Below are positions 48,400-58,000 of a DNA stretch of 64,000 bases, piece by piece (the first letter of the stretch is position 1; the number at the start of each line of letters is the position of its first letter). The DNA comes from Candidatus Latescibacterota bacterium (GTDB lineage Bacteria; Latescibacterota; UBA2968; GCA-2709665). Where the stretch lies: positions 1,600,001 through 1,664,000 of the forward strand of contig OZ242180.1 of NCBI GenBank assembly GCA_965205485.1, written 5' to 3'. Under the pieces are notes generated by a model. The model was not told where the DNA came from and searched no databases. It saw nothing but the letters and a program-made list of their open reading frames with translations. Position numbers and translations under genes: made by a program.

Positions 48400-49257
48400 A
48401 TGCGACTGCTCACTTTTGAATACCAGGGTACACGACGCGTCGGCGTCCGTTCGGGAGATTCGGTCGTGGATGTGAGCCGCGTGGATCCGGACATTCCGCC
48501 GGATCTCGTGAGTCTGCTCGAGGCGGGTCCGGATGCGCTGGCCGCGGTGGGAGAAGCGGCAGCGCGGGGCGAGGGCATCGACGCCCGCGACGTCCGCGTG
48601 GCGGCGCCCGTCGGGAATCCGGAAAAGGTCCTCTGCATCGGCCTCAACTACGCGGACCACGCGGCTGAAAGCAATATGCCCATTCCATCGGAGCCGGTGG
48701 TGTTCTCCAAGTTCTCTTCCACCATCATCGGTCCCGGCGATGCAATCCGGCTCCCTTCGATCACGCAGTCCGTCGACTATGAGGTGGAACTGGTGGTCGT
48801 TATCGGAACGGCCGGAAAGGATATATCGGAGTCCGACGCGCTGGATCACGTCGCAGGTTATACCGTGGGCCACGACGTGAGCGCACGGGACTTCCAGCTC
48901 GAGAAACCCGGAGGTCAATGGCTGCTGGGCAAGACCTTCGACACCTTCGCGCCGCTCGGCCCGGACATCGTCACGCCCGACGAGATCGGCGACCCGCACA
49001 ACCTGGGCATTCGCTGTATTCTGAACGGTGAAACCGTGCAGGACTCGAATACGGCGCAGCTGATTTTCAGGATTGACCAGTTGATCGCCTACCTGTCCCG
49101 GGTCGTCACCCTGCAGCCCGGCGACCTGATCTTCACGGGAACGCCGCCGGGAGTCGGAATGGCCCGGGATCCGCAACTCTGGCTCAAGGCCGGCGACACC
49201 GTTGTCTGCGAAATCGACGGCGTCGGACGACTCGAGAATCCGGTTGTCTCGGGCTGA
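48400..49257 (+). CDS. Fumarylacetoacetate hydrolase family protein
   Basis: KVLCIGLNYADH, DYEVEL, DVSARD, GKTFDTF.PLGP, TGTPPGVG. Confidence 0.93.
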   Translation: MRLLTFEYQGTRRVGVRSGDSVVDVSRVDPDIPPDLVSLLEAGPDALAAVGEAAARGEGIDARDVRVAAPVGNPEKVLCIGLNYADHAAESNMPIPSEPVVFSKFSSTIIGPGDAIRLPSITQSVDYEVELVVVIGTAGKDISESDALDHVAGYTVGHDVSARDFQLEKPGGQWLLGKTFDTFAPLGPDIVTPDEIGDPHNLGIRCILNGETVQDSNTAQLIFRIDQLIAYLSRVVTLQPGDLIFTGTPPGVGMARDPQLWLKAGDTVVCEIDGVGRLENPVVSG

Positions 49258-49626
49258 CCGGTCGGAGGTCGAATAACCGGCTTTTCTCCGGCGGTTGCGC
49301 AAACCTCTCGGATCTCGTCGTTCCCGCTGTTCCCGGACGCCACCGATTTCGCATTTCAGACGTGAACGTATTTTATAAAATTCTTAATAAACAATAATTT
49401 ATATCCAACTTCTACACACACAAGCGTGTGTGCTTCTCTCGGAAAGAGCGGCGATCAGTTGCCAGCGGAACCTCTCCCCCCGCCCCCTCTCCTAAAGGAA
49501 AGGGGGAGCAAAACCCGGAATATCGGCCTTACGCGGAGACACAAATAAAGGCAGTCACAATTCAGATAGGCCCGGCACACCCGAAGAGCCGAAAGGAAGT
49601 CCTTGCCTGGAAAACTCACGACCGCA

Positions 49627-49831
49627 CGGTGGAGGAGAGGGGGGTTTACACCACAGAAGAGATTCCACGTTATTCCGTCAACCATTGAAGTATCGTGGGA
49701 TCGGATTCGTACGTAGGCCACAAACGATCGTCTACACCACAGAAGAGATTCGTGGAAAAACCGGCCCCGCGCCGAGCGGCGCCGTTCTTTTTGGCCCTTT
49801 TTCTTTGGCGAGAAAGAAAAAGGGCGTAAGA
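49627..49831 (+). repeat. Structured dispersed element, copy B
   Basis: Stem GGTTT[15 nt insert]TTCCACG/CGTGGAAAAACC around 81 nt; 3' part identical to copy A. Confidence 0.8.
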
Positions 49832-50106
49832 AAATAAAAAACAATAAGTAATTGGAAAAACGTGCGACAAACAGCCATCTTTCTTCTTTCTAAATCATGT
49901 CTCCGGCGGATTCTTTTTCGTCCATTTTCGCACATTAGAAGTGGGACGAAGAGAAAAGCAAGTCGGTGTGATGTAAAGAGCCTCAAACCACCCGGAAGGT
50001 AGTCACGGGGAGCCGTTGTCCGCCGACAGGAGATCTGCCAAGAGGCTATGGACCAGCAGCGACGGGACGACCTCTAGATAGTCTTTCGCCGTATAATGTA
50101 TTTCAG

Positions 50107-51966
50107 ATGCCGCATAACGGAGGATGCCAGGATGAATCTCGGAGACATGATCGAAAGGGCGCGAGGTTCAGCCAGCAGGCGCTGGGCGAAAAGATCGGGG
50201 TCTGGGGCACCTATATCGGGCAGATAGAAAGCGGAAAGCGCATTCCGTCCGATGAGCGATGCCGGGAACTGGCGGCCATGCTTGACCTGGACCCCAGGGC
50301 GCTATTGATTCAGGCTTACCGCCAGCGCGCCAATACGAAAGAGGCCAGGCGCCTTTTCGATGACATGGCTGGATCGACTGCCGAACCTGCCAGCCACGAG
50401 CCGGGAGAAGGCGCCGAAGGCGACCACCAACTCTACGGGGTCGTGCGGGAAGAGAACCCCCCGGTCCGGATCGGCCGCGCCGGCGAGCCGCCCTTCACCC
50501 GCGGCGTCTATCCCACCATGTATCGCGGGCGCCTCTGGACCATCCGCCAGTACGCAGGATTCTCCACCCCGGCAGAGACCAATGCCCGGTTTCGCGCTCT
50601 GCTCGATCGGGGTCAGACCGGTCTGAGCGTGGCGTTCGACCTGCCTACACAAATGGGCTACGACTCGGACGATCCGAATGCGGAAGGTGAGGTGGGCAGG
50701 GTGGGCGTAGCGGTAGACGGCCTGTGGGACCTGGAAAACCTGTTCGATGAAATCCCGCTGGACCGTATCAGCACGTCCATGACGATCAACGCGACGGCGT
50801 GCATCCTGTTCGCCCTGTACGCGGCCCTCGGAAAAAGGCGCGGTTTGCCGGCATCGGTGCTTGCCGGCACGGTCCAGAACGACATTCTCAAAGAATATGT
50901 TTCACGTGGAACCTATATCTTCCCGATCGCCGATTCGATGCGTCTCGTCGTGGACCTGATGGGCTATTGTCTTCGGGAAGCGCCAAAATGGAATCCCGTC
51001 AGCGTTAGCGGCTACCACATGAGAGAAGCCGGCGCAACCGCCGCGCAAGAGCTTGGTTTTACACTCGCCCACGCCCTGGCGTATGCCGATGCCGCCCGCG
51101 GGGCCGGCCTGGAAATGGAACGGATTCTGCCGAAATTTTCCTTCTTCTTCGGGGTCCACAACGATTTTTTGGAGGAAATCGCGAAGTTCCGGGCGGCGAG
51201 GCGCCTCTGGAGCCGGCTCGTCGAGGAACGTCTGGGCGTAGAGGACCCCCGTTGCCGGCGCCTGAGATTTCACGCCCAGACCGCCGGTTCGACGCTCACG
51301 GCCCAACAGCCATTGAACAACTGCGCGCGGACCACCCTGCAGGCGCTGGCGGCCGTCCTGGGCGGCGCGCAGTCGCTGCATGTCAACGCCTACGACGAAG
51401 CGCTCGGGCTTCCGTCTGATACCGGAGCGCAACTGGCCGTGCGCACCCAGCAGATCCTGGCAAACGAAAGCGGTATCCGCGACACCGTGGATCCGATGGG
51501 CGGATCCTATGCAGTGGAAGAGATGACCGATAACCTGGAAGAGGAAGCCATTGCCGTTATCGAGTCGGTCGACAGGGAGGGTGGGGCGACGCAGGCTGCC
51601 GCAAACGGCTTTACTGCCGCCTCCATCGCGGAATCCGCGTACGAGGCGCAGAAGAAAATCGAATCGGGCAAGACCGTGGTGGTGGGGGTGAACCGGTATC
51701 AGGACACACCGGAACCGCCGGTTTCGGTGTTCCAGCCCCCGGGGGAGACAGAGTACACACAGAAAGGCGGGCTGGAGAGGGCACGAGGCATGCGGAATTC
51801 CGACGCCGCGAACGCCGCAATGGACGTCGTCGAGCGGCGGGCGAGGGGCGAGGGTTCGATCACGGAAGCGGTCGTGGCGGCCTGTTCGGTCGGTGCTACC
51901 GTGGGCGAGATATCGGACAGGCTGCGTGCTGTTTTTGGATCCTACAGACCGGGAGGGCAATCGTGA
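50107..51966 (+). CDS. XRE-HTH fused to methylmalonyl-CoA mutase catalytic (large) subunit; 5' end uncertain
   Basis: SQQALGEKIGVWGTYIGQIESGKRIPS (HTH); PFTRGVYPTMY...WTIRQYAGF, QNDILKEY, SGYHMREAG, AKFRAARRLW; no B12-binding domain. Confidence 0.88.
   Translation: MPHNGGCQDESRRHDRKGARFSQQALGEKIGVWGTYIGQIESGKRIPSDERCRELAAMLDLDPRALLIQAYRQRANTKEARRLFDDMAGSTAEPASHEPGEGAEGDHQLYGVVREENPPVRIGRAGEPPFTRGVYPTMYRGRLWTIRQYAGFSTPAETNARFRALLDRGQTGLSVAFDLPTQMGYDSDDPNAEGEVGRVGVAVDGLWDLENLFDEIPLDRISTSMTINATACILFALYAALGKRRGLPASVLAGTVQNDILKEYVSRGTYIFPIADSMRLVVDLMGYCLREAPKWNPVSVSGYHMREAGATAAQELGFTLAHALAYADAARGAGLEMERILPKFSFFFGVHNDFLEEIAKFRAARRLWSRLVEERLGVEDPRCRRLRFHAQTAGSTLTAQQPLNNCARTTLQALAAVLGGAQSLHVNAYDEALGLPSDTGAQLAVRTQQILANESGIRDTVDPMGGSYAVEEMTDNLEEEAIAVIESVDREGGATQAAANGFTAASIAESAYEAQKKIESGKTVVVGVNRYQDTPEPPVSVFQPPGETEYTQKGGLERARGMRNSDAANAAMDVVERRARGEGSITEAVVAACSVGATVGEISDRLRAVFGSYRPGGQS
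50898..50913. other. parS site inside the mutase CDS
   Basis: TGTTTCACGTGGAACC, 14/16 match to TGTTTCACGTGAAACA; identical to the 57818 copy. Confidence 0.75.
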
Positions 51967-54938
51967 ACGGTCGAGAACGCCGCAGAGCCGGAATCATGCA
52001 CTATCGACGACGCCTCAGGGGCATTGCCGCATTCGTCATGCCGGTAGCGCTTGCAGTCTGGGCTCCGGCGCCGGCCCAGAGCCAGACCGGTGTGATCAAG
52101 GGCCAGGTCCTGGACGCCTCATCCGGACGTCCCCTTTCCGATGCCCATGTCACTGTTATGGGGACCGGAATCGTCAAACTCACCAATGTAGCAGGCCACT
52201 TCACGCTTTTCAATGTCCCCGTCGGCGAGCATGTCGTGCGCGCGTCCTTTATCGGTTACGGTGAAGCCGAACAGATCGTGACCGTCGGTGCCGGGGAGAC
52301 ACACGACATCGACTTCGAGATGTTCTTAACGGCGATCGCGCTCGACGTGATCGTCGTGACCGGCGTGGGGGCCGAAACTGCCCGGCGCGCCCTCGGTACG
52401 TCGGTCGAAGTACTCACCACCGAAGAAATCGCGCAGGCGCCGGTCCAGTCCGTGGACCAGTTGCTTGTGGGCCGCGTCGCGGGCGCGACCGTAAACGCCA
52501 CCTCGGCGCAGCCGGGAACGGGCTCGCTGATCAATTTCCGGGGCATTTCCTCGGTGTTCGGCGCCCAGACCCCAGTCATATACGTGGACGGGGTGCGCGT
52601 CGACAACGAACAGGCAACCGCCGCGGGCACTGGAGGCGAGCAGTCCTCCGCGCTCGCCGACCTGCTCACCAGCGATATAGACCGTATCGAGATCACCAGG
52701 GGTGGTGCCGCCTCCACTCTGTACGGTTCCGACGCCGCAACCGGGGTGATCCAGATCTTCTCCAGGAAAGGCACTCCCGGGGCGCCGCGCATTACGGTCC
52801 GCGTAGAACAGGGCATCGAGGTGCCGGAACTCAAGTACATCTTCGACGCCGGCGCGATCTTCCCGGACCGGGTCGAGTCCGGCGAGGTCACGGCCACCTT
52901 CCTGGAAGATCAGTACTTCAAGAGCGGTCAGGCCAGGAGCTACTACCTGGGCGTCAGCGGAGGCACAGCGGACGTGACGTTCATTGTCAGCGGCCGCCTC
53001 GAGGACCGCACCGGAACCCAGCCCAAGGATGCCAGCACCAACTACAACCTGCGAGGCGGCCTGCAAGCGTCCCTCAGCGAGGATTTCACCCTGGAGTTTT
53101 CGGGAAGTTACGTCCACCACAACTTCCAACGGCTCTATAACGGTTCCTCCATCACGAATCCCATCACGACCTTCGAGGTCGGCGACGCCCTCTTCTTCTC
53201 GGGAGCCGCCACCCTCCTGGAGGCGTACAACGTCTTCCTGATGCCGGATATCGACGAATGGGTCAACCGGTTCATCTTCTCCGCCGGCGCCCGCTGGAAC
53301 ATCCGCGACGACCTGACCGCCAGGCTGACGGTGGGTAGCGACTACCGGAGCAACCAGCAGCGGATCTTCCAGCCGATCGGATTTACGCCGGGCGAACCCA
53401 CCGGACAACTCAATCGGCGGGACCGCTCCTTCACCTCAGTGTCGCTCGACGCGGGCGGGACCTACGCGTGGGAGAACTCAGGCGGGAGCCTCGGGTCCTC
53501 GCTCACCGTCGGTGTGCAAGGCTTCCGCGAGGACGTGAGCATCATCAACGGCAACGGGCTGGGGTTCGCCCTGCCAGGTTCCTTCGACTTCGACGCGGCG
53601 GCGGAGATCACCGCCTTTGAGGGCAACGTCGAGGTGTTTAACGGCGGGTTGTACGTGGACGAACAGCTCAGCTTCTGGAACAAGCTCTACCTCGGTGGCG
53701 GGTTCCGCATCGACGCCGGCTCCAGCTTCGGAGATAATATCGACACGGAACTTTATCCAAAGGCGACCGGGTCGTACATCCTTTCCGACGACTTCAGCCT
53801 GCCTTTCGTGGACGAACTCAAGCTCAGAGCCGCCTACGGGCAAACCGGCCGGTTCCCGGGCGCCTTCCTGAAGGACCGGACCTTCTCGGCCATCTCCTTC
53901 CGCGGGGAGTCGGCCCCGAGGTTTGCCAATCCGGGCAACGCGGAACTTCGCCCGGAGAAGACTTCCACGATCGAGGCCGGTATCGACGCCGCTCTCTGGG
54001 ACAACCGGATCGGGATCGACCTGACCGTATACGACGCCCGCACCACCGACGCGCTCTTCCAGGTGCCGCGCCAGCCGGTCACCGGGCAGGGCACCCAGCA
54101 GGAGAACGTGGGCCAGATCCTGAACCGTGGGATCGAATTGGGCGCCAACGTCGAGATTCTGAACACCAGGAAGGTGGCCTGGAGCCTGGGTGGAACATTC
54201 CACTACACTCACAATGAAGTCACCGACATGGGCGGCGTGGCGGACTTCGGCGCGGACGGTTCCCAGAAGCGTGTGACCGGCTGCTGGAGGATGGTCGACG
54301 GGGAGTGCCGCGGAGGTCCTGTAGGCGCCTGGTGGGTGACTACGCCCGTGGACACCAACGATGACGGCTTGCCAGACGGCTCCGAGCGCCAGTTCACCGG
54401 CGGATTCCCGGTTCCGGACAAGAGTGGAAGCTTCAACACCACGATCGCGATCGGCAACATCCTGACGATCAGCGCTCTGGCCGACTGGGCCGGCGGTCAT
54501 CAGGTGTTCGACTGGGGTTCGGTCTGGGCGACTTTCAACGGCATATACCGTCGTGAGCTCGTTCGCTGCGGGATGGAAGAAGGCGCCGCCGAGGGCTGCG
54601 AGTACGCCTTCCCGATCCGGTATGACGAGAACGGCTCCGCGCAGGGCAAGTACAGCCAGAACGCCGCGCGGAGCGCGTTCCTCTACGACGGCGACTTTTT
54701 CAAGCTAAGAGAGGTCGCGGTGCGGTACTTGCTGCCGGAGGGCGTTTCCGGCAGCATCAACGCCAGCCGGGCTTCGCTGTTCGCCAATGGCCGCAACCTG
54801 TGGATCTGGTCCCGGAACGAGATCGTCGACGGCGAACTCAACGGGCTTTCCGGCGGCGGACTGCAGCTCGGTGGCGAAACGAGTACGACCCTTTCCCCGA
54901 ACCGGCGGTTCAACCTCGGCATGGAGGTGGTCTTCTAA
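51963..54938 (+). CDS. SusC/RagA-like TonB-dependent receptor
   Basis: Signal peptide, carboxypeptidase-regulatory-like N-domain, plug (PVIYVDG...DIDRIEITRGGAASTLYGSDAATGVIQI), GNAELRPE, C-terminal F. Confidence 0.9.
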   Translation: MNGRERRRAGIMHYRRRLRGIAAFVMPVALAVWAPAPAQSQTGVIKGQVLDASSGRPLSDAHVTVMGTGIVKLTNVAGHFTLFNVPVGEHVVRASFIGYGEAEQIVTVGAGETHDIDFEMFLTAIALDVIVVTGVGAETARRALGTSVEVLTTEEIAQAPVQSVDQLLVGRVAGATVNATSAQPGTGSLINFRGISSVFGAQTPVIYVDGVRVDNEQATAAGTGGEQSSALADLLTSDIDRIEITRGGAASTLYGSDAATGVIQIFSRKGTPGAPRITVRVEQGIEVPELKYIFDAGAIFPDRVESGEVTATFLEDQYFKSGQARSYYLGVSGGTADVTFIVSGRLEDRTGTQPKDASTNYNLRGGLQASLSEDFTLEFSGSYVHHNFQRLYNGSSITNPITTFEVGDALFFSGAATLLEAYNVFLMPDIDEWVNRFIFSAGARWNIRDDLTARLTVGSDYRSNQQRIFQPIGFTPGEPTGQLNRRDRSFTSVSLDAGGTYAWENSGGSLGSSLTVGVQGFREDVSIINGNGLGFALPGSFDFDAAAEITAFEGNVEVFNGGLYVDEQLSFWNKLYLGGGFRIDAGSSFGDNIDTELYPKATGSYILSDDFSLPFVDELKLRAAYGQTGRFPGAFLKDRTFSAISFRGESAPRFANPGNAELRPEKTSTIEAGIDAALWDNRIGIDLTVYDARTTDALFQVPRQPVTGQGTQQENVGQILNRGIELGANVEILNTRKVAWSLGGTFHYTHNEVTDMGGVADFGADGSQKRVTGCWRMVDGECRGGPVGAWWVTTPVDTNDDGLPDGSERQFTGGFPVPDKSGSFNTTIAIGNILTISALADWAGGHQVFDWGSVWATFNGIYRRELVRCGMEEGAAEGCEYAFPIRYDENGSAQGKYSQNAARSAFLYDGDFFKLREVAVRYLLPEGVSGSINASRASLFANGRNLWIWSRNEIVDGELNGLSGGGLQLGGETSTTLSPNRRFNLGMEVVF

Positions 54939-55126
54939 GAAGTTGTTTTAAAATTACCGGTGAGTTCCCGAGCGCGAGCGAAAGAGTGGCGGTCAAGGCG
55001 GGAAAATCCTCCCATATCTAATGTATCGTGGCTGCGCGCCCCTCGCCACTCTTGGGTGGATTTGACTAACGCCGACCGGCGCTTTTGCAGCCGCGCGAAG
55101 ACCGCCGGGAATTTTAAGACAGCTTC
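54939..55126. mobile_element. MITE family B
   Basis: TIRs GAAGTTGTTTTAAAATT / AATTTTAAGACAGCTTC (15/17), flanked by TAA direct repeat. Confidence 0.75.
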
Positions 55127-55158
55127 TAACGTCCGGCATGCAATGGAGAACAGACAAA

Positions 55159-56631
55159 ATGATGAACAAGGACATATCGACTCTGAGACGGGGACGGTCG
55201 GCCATGGCCGGGATGCTTCTCAGCGTGCTTGTCGCCGGTGGATGTGACGCCATCAATCCCACCAGGGTGAAGAATCCGACGACAACCTACGAGGACCTGG
55301 CGCAGGCCACGAACGCGACCCAGGCGCTCCTGCCCGGGCTGAGGGCGCAGTTCGCCCGGCTGATCAATGCCTACGTCGTCGCCGAAGTCGTGACCGACAA
55401 CTTTTCGATCCACGGCACTGGGCTAATCCAGACCCTGGACGCCCCCGACGAGATCACCCCGGACATCATGAACTCGACCGGTACCAGCGCCACCGGGGTG
55501 TACTGGAACGTGCAGGAGTTACGGGCGCTGGCCGATTTTGTAATCAATGAGATCGCGCCGAACGATGCCGGGGCACCTCCGGAACTGGTGGCGGAAGCGC
55601 GCTACTACCGGGGCATGGCCTACCTGACCATGGGTGAGGTCTTCTCCTTCGTGCCGCTCGAGGAGGACGGCGCCCCTCAACCCTCTGACGTTGCGCTTGA
55701 CCGGGCCGTGAGCGACCTGCAGGCGGCGCTGGGGTTCGGACCGCAGGCCAACGCGGCGCTTGCGCGGGCCTATCGTTTGCAGGGTGACCGGGCAGGGGCG
55801 GCTGCAGCGGCCAACGCGGTGCTTTCCGCTGACTCGGAGTTTCTTTTCGCACCTCGCTACGACGGGAGTTCGATCACCAACACGTCTGTGAACTTCCTGG
55901 TATTGAGGGCGTTGCAGGAGATGCAGCCGCTGCCCCGGCTGGATTTCCTGGACCCCAAGTACACGGATCGCGAGTCGGCAATACCCATTGCGAAAGCCGA
56001 GGAAATGCACCTGATCCTGGCCGAAGTCGCGCTGGCGTCGGGCGACCTCGCCGGGGCGAAGAGCCAGCTGGCCGGCGCCATACGCCTTGCCGGATCCCGC
56101 GGCGCCGTTTCCTTCGACGATATCGACGAGCGCCGCAACGCCGACCTGAGCCTGCGTCCGCGCGACTCCGAAATCCTGGTGCGGGCCGACTCCGATAGTC
56201 CCTACCGGGCCGGCCTGGTGCTCGACCGGCCGGGCGCCGGGCTCACGATCCCGAACATTTCCGGGACATCTCTCGACGCCGACAGTGTCACGGCGTTGTC
56301 GGACGCATCCGACCTGTGGCACGCGCTGTGGCTCGCGCGGCAGGAGATCCTCTTCCTGGAAGGAAGGAGACTCGCCGACCTGGGGATCAGGCTGCCGATG
56401 ATGCTGCGGGAGATCGACCAGAACCCCAACATCAGCGAAGGCGGACCAGGCACCGTGCCAGTCGTCCCCGGATTCGTCCCGCTGGCGCCGCGCTACGCGA
56501 TGGATATCTACGCGCCGGTCGAGCTGTACGATGGCGACGGCCCCGAAGCGCGCCTGCTCCAGACGAAGGTTACGATCGGGGTAGACATGAACCGGTTGCT
56601 CGTGCAACACAACGCTTCACCCTTCAAATAG
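55159..56631 (+). CDS. SusD/RagB-like outer-membrane lipoprotein
   Basis: Lipobox VAGGC; AEARYYRGMAY, EEMHLILAE, RQEILFLEGRRL.D; follows SusC-like gene; start uncertain. Confidence 0.75.
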   Translation: MMNKDISTLRRGRSAMAGMLLSVLVAGGCDAINPTRVKNPTTTYEDLAQATNATQALLPGLRAQFARLINAYVVAEVVTDNFSIHGTGLIQTLDAPDEITPDIMNSTGTSATGVYWNVQELRALADFVINEIAPNDAGAPPELVAEARYYRGMAYLTMGEVFSFVPLEEDGAPQPSDVALDRAVSDLQAALGFGPQANAALARAYRLQGDRAGAAAAANAVLSADSEFLFAPRYDGSSITNTSVNFLVLRALQEMQPLPRLDFLDPKYTDRESAIPIAKAEEMHLILAEVALASGDLAGAKSQLAGAIRLAGSRGAVSFDDIDERRNADLSLRPRDSEILVRADSDSPYRAGLVLDRPGAGLTIPNISGTSLDADSVTALSDASDLWHALWLARQEILFLEGRRLADLGIRLPMMLREIDQNPNISEGGPGTVPVVPGFVPLAPRYAMDIYAPVELYDGDGPEARLLQTKVTIGVDMNRLLVQHNASPFK

Positions 56632-56735
56632 AAGGACCGGCAGTCCGTAGCCGCCTGTTTGGTAAACGCCACCGTGGGCGAGATATCGGACAGGCTGCGC
56701 GCTGTTTTTGGACCCTGCAGACCGGGAGGATAATC

Positions 56736-57134
56736 GTGGACGGACGCGTGGACCACGTGGGCATCGCAGTGGAGGAGATTGACCGGACCCTGGCCGTTTA
56801 TTCCATGCTCGGGTTCGAAAGGATGGAGGAAGAGACCGTAGAGTCAGAAGGCGTCCGGGCCCTATTTCTGGGCGGCGCCGGCCCGACCCGGCTCGAACTC
56901 CTCGAACCGCTGCACGATGGGAGTTCTCTTGCGCGATTCCTTTCGGGGCGGGGGCAGGGCCTGCACCACGTCGCGATCCGGGTCAGGGATATCGAAGCGG
57001 CCGTCTCAGCTTTCGAAGAAGAGGGGCTCACGATCTCCGGCGCGATCAGGACGGGCGCACTGGGCAGAAAAGTGGCCTTCGTCCATCCCAAAAGCGCATC
57101 GGGCGTCCTGATCGAGCTCGTTCAGGCCGATTGA
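56736..57134 (+). CDS. mce: Methylmalonyl-CoA epimerase (VOC family)
   Basis: VDHVGIAV, LELLEP, GQGLHHVAIRV, AFVHPKSASGVLIEL; GGAGG RBS + GTG. Confidence 0.9.
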   Translation: MDGRVDHVGIAVEEIDRTLAVYSMLGFERMEEETVESEGVRALFLGGAGPTRLELLEPLHDGSSLARFLSGRGQGLHHVAIRVRDIEAAVSAFEEEGLTISGAIRTGALGRKVAFVHPKSASGVLIELVQAD

Positions 57135-57809
57135 TCATCCGCCACGTGCCGAGATCCGAACGAGCATCGTGTTACCGTGGCGCCTTCCGGTCGCCAGGGA
57201 TTCTATGGACACCTCCGGGCCATCGGGTCCGAATTCCTCTACTTCCCTGAGCGCGCCGGGACCCTTCAGCGCAAGCAGTTCACCATCCTTCTTGAGAAAT
57301 CCTGACGAAAGCCGCCACAGGACCGGCAGGGCGCCCACCGCCCGAGCCGTTACGATATCGTACCTCCCGCGATGCTCGGCACGCCCGCAGGCGGCCTCCG
57401 CCCGTTCGGCCAAAACCGACAGCCCGTCCAGATTGAGATCTCCCGCCAGGTGGTTCAGAAAGAGTCCCTTCATGCGCGCCGACTCCAGCAGCACGACTTT
57501 CACCTCCGGGCGGGCAATTTTGACCGGCACGCCCGGAAAACCCGCTCCCGATCCCAGGTCCAGCAGCGAAATCTCTCCGCGAGGCAGAAGGGGCGTTACC
57601 CGCAGACTGTCGATGAAGTGACGCTCTCTGATTTTGTCTCTGTCCCCTCGGGAAACCAGTCGCACCCGTCCGGACCAGGTCCTCAACAGCGCCTCATATC
57701 GATCAAAGAGTACGGCCTGCTCGTCCGACAACGGGACCGACAGTGCCTCCGCAGCTGCCAGGAATTCCTGATCGGTCACCGCTCCTCCACGCGCATCCGA
57801 AAAACCCAA
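57135..57809 (-). CDS. rsmG: 16S rRNA m7G527 methyltransferase
   Basis: RHFIDSL, LDLGSGAGFPGVP, RAE, YDIVTARAV, ALKG. Confidence 0.93.
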   Translation of the reverse strand: MGFSDARGGAVTDQEFLAAAEALSVPLSDEQAVLFDRYEALLRTWSGRVRLVSRGDRDKIRERHFIDSLRVTPLLPRGEISLLDLGSGAGFPGVPVKIARPEVKVVLLESARMKGLFLNHLAGDLNLDGLSVLAERAEAACGRAEHRGRYDIVTARAVGALPVLWRLSSGFLKKDGELLALKGPGALREVEEFGPDGPEVSIESLATGRRHGNTMLVRISARGG

Positions 57810-57817
57810 CGCGCCGA

Positions 57818-57833
57818 TGTTTCACGTGGAACC
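57818..57833. other. parS site upstream of rsmG
   Basis: TGTTTCACGTGGAACC, in the origin-proximal gene cluster. Confidence 0.8.
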
Positions 57834-58000
57834 ATAAAAGAAGCCATCAGCCGTCAGCCTAAACCAAGAACCGAATCCGCGACAAGGCGGGCAGCCACAA
57901 GGGCTGCCCCTACAAATATAACGTCGGCACAGAGTAATCAGTCACCTGCGGGTCCAACAATAAATCCATACGGTAGATCGATTGGGTCGCCTGGCGCCAC

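Noticed and set aside
49647..49751. Mini-CRISPR from two 19-bp direct repeats
   Set aside because: Only two short repeats, 67-nt spacer, no cas genes; explained as a duplication within the structured element.
49960..50090. Cobalamin riboswitch upstream of the mutase/TonB receptor
   Set aside because: No B12-box or core motifs recognisable by eye; an Infernal scan would settle it.
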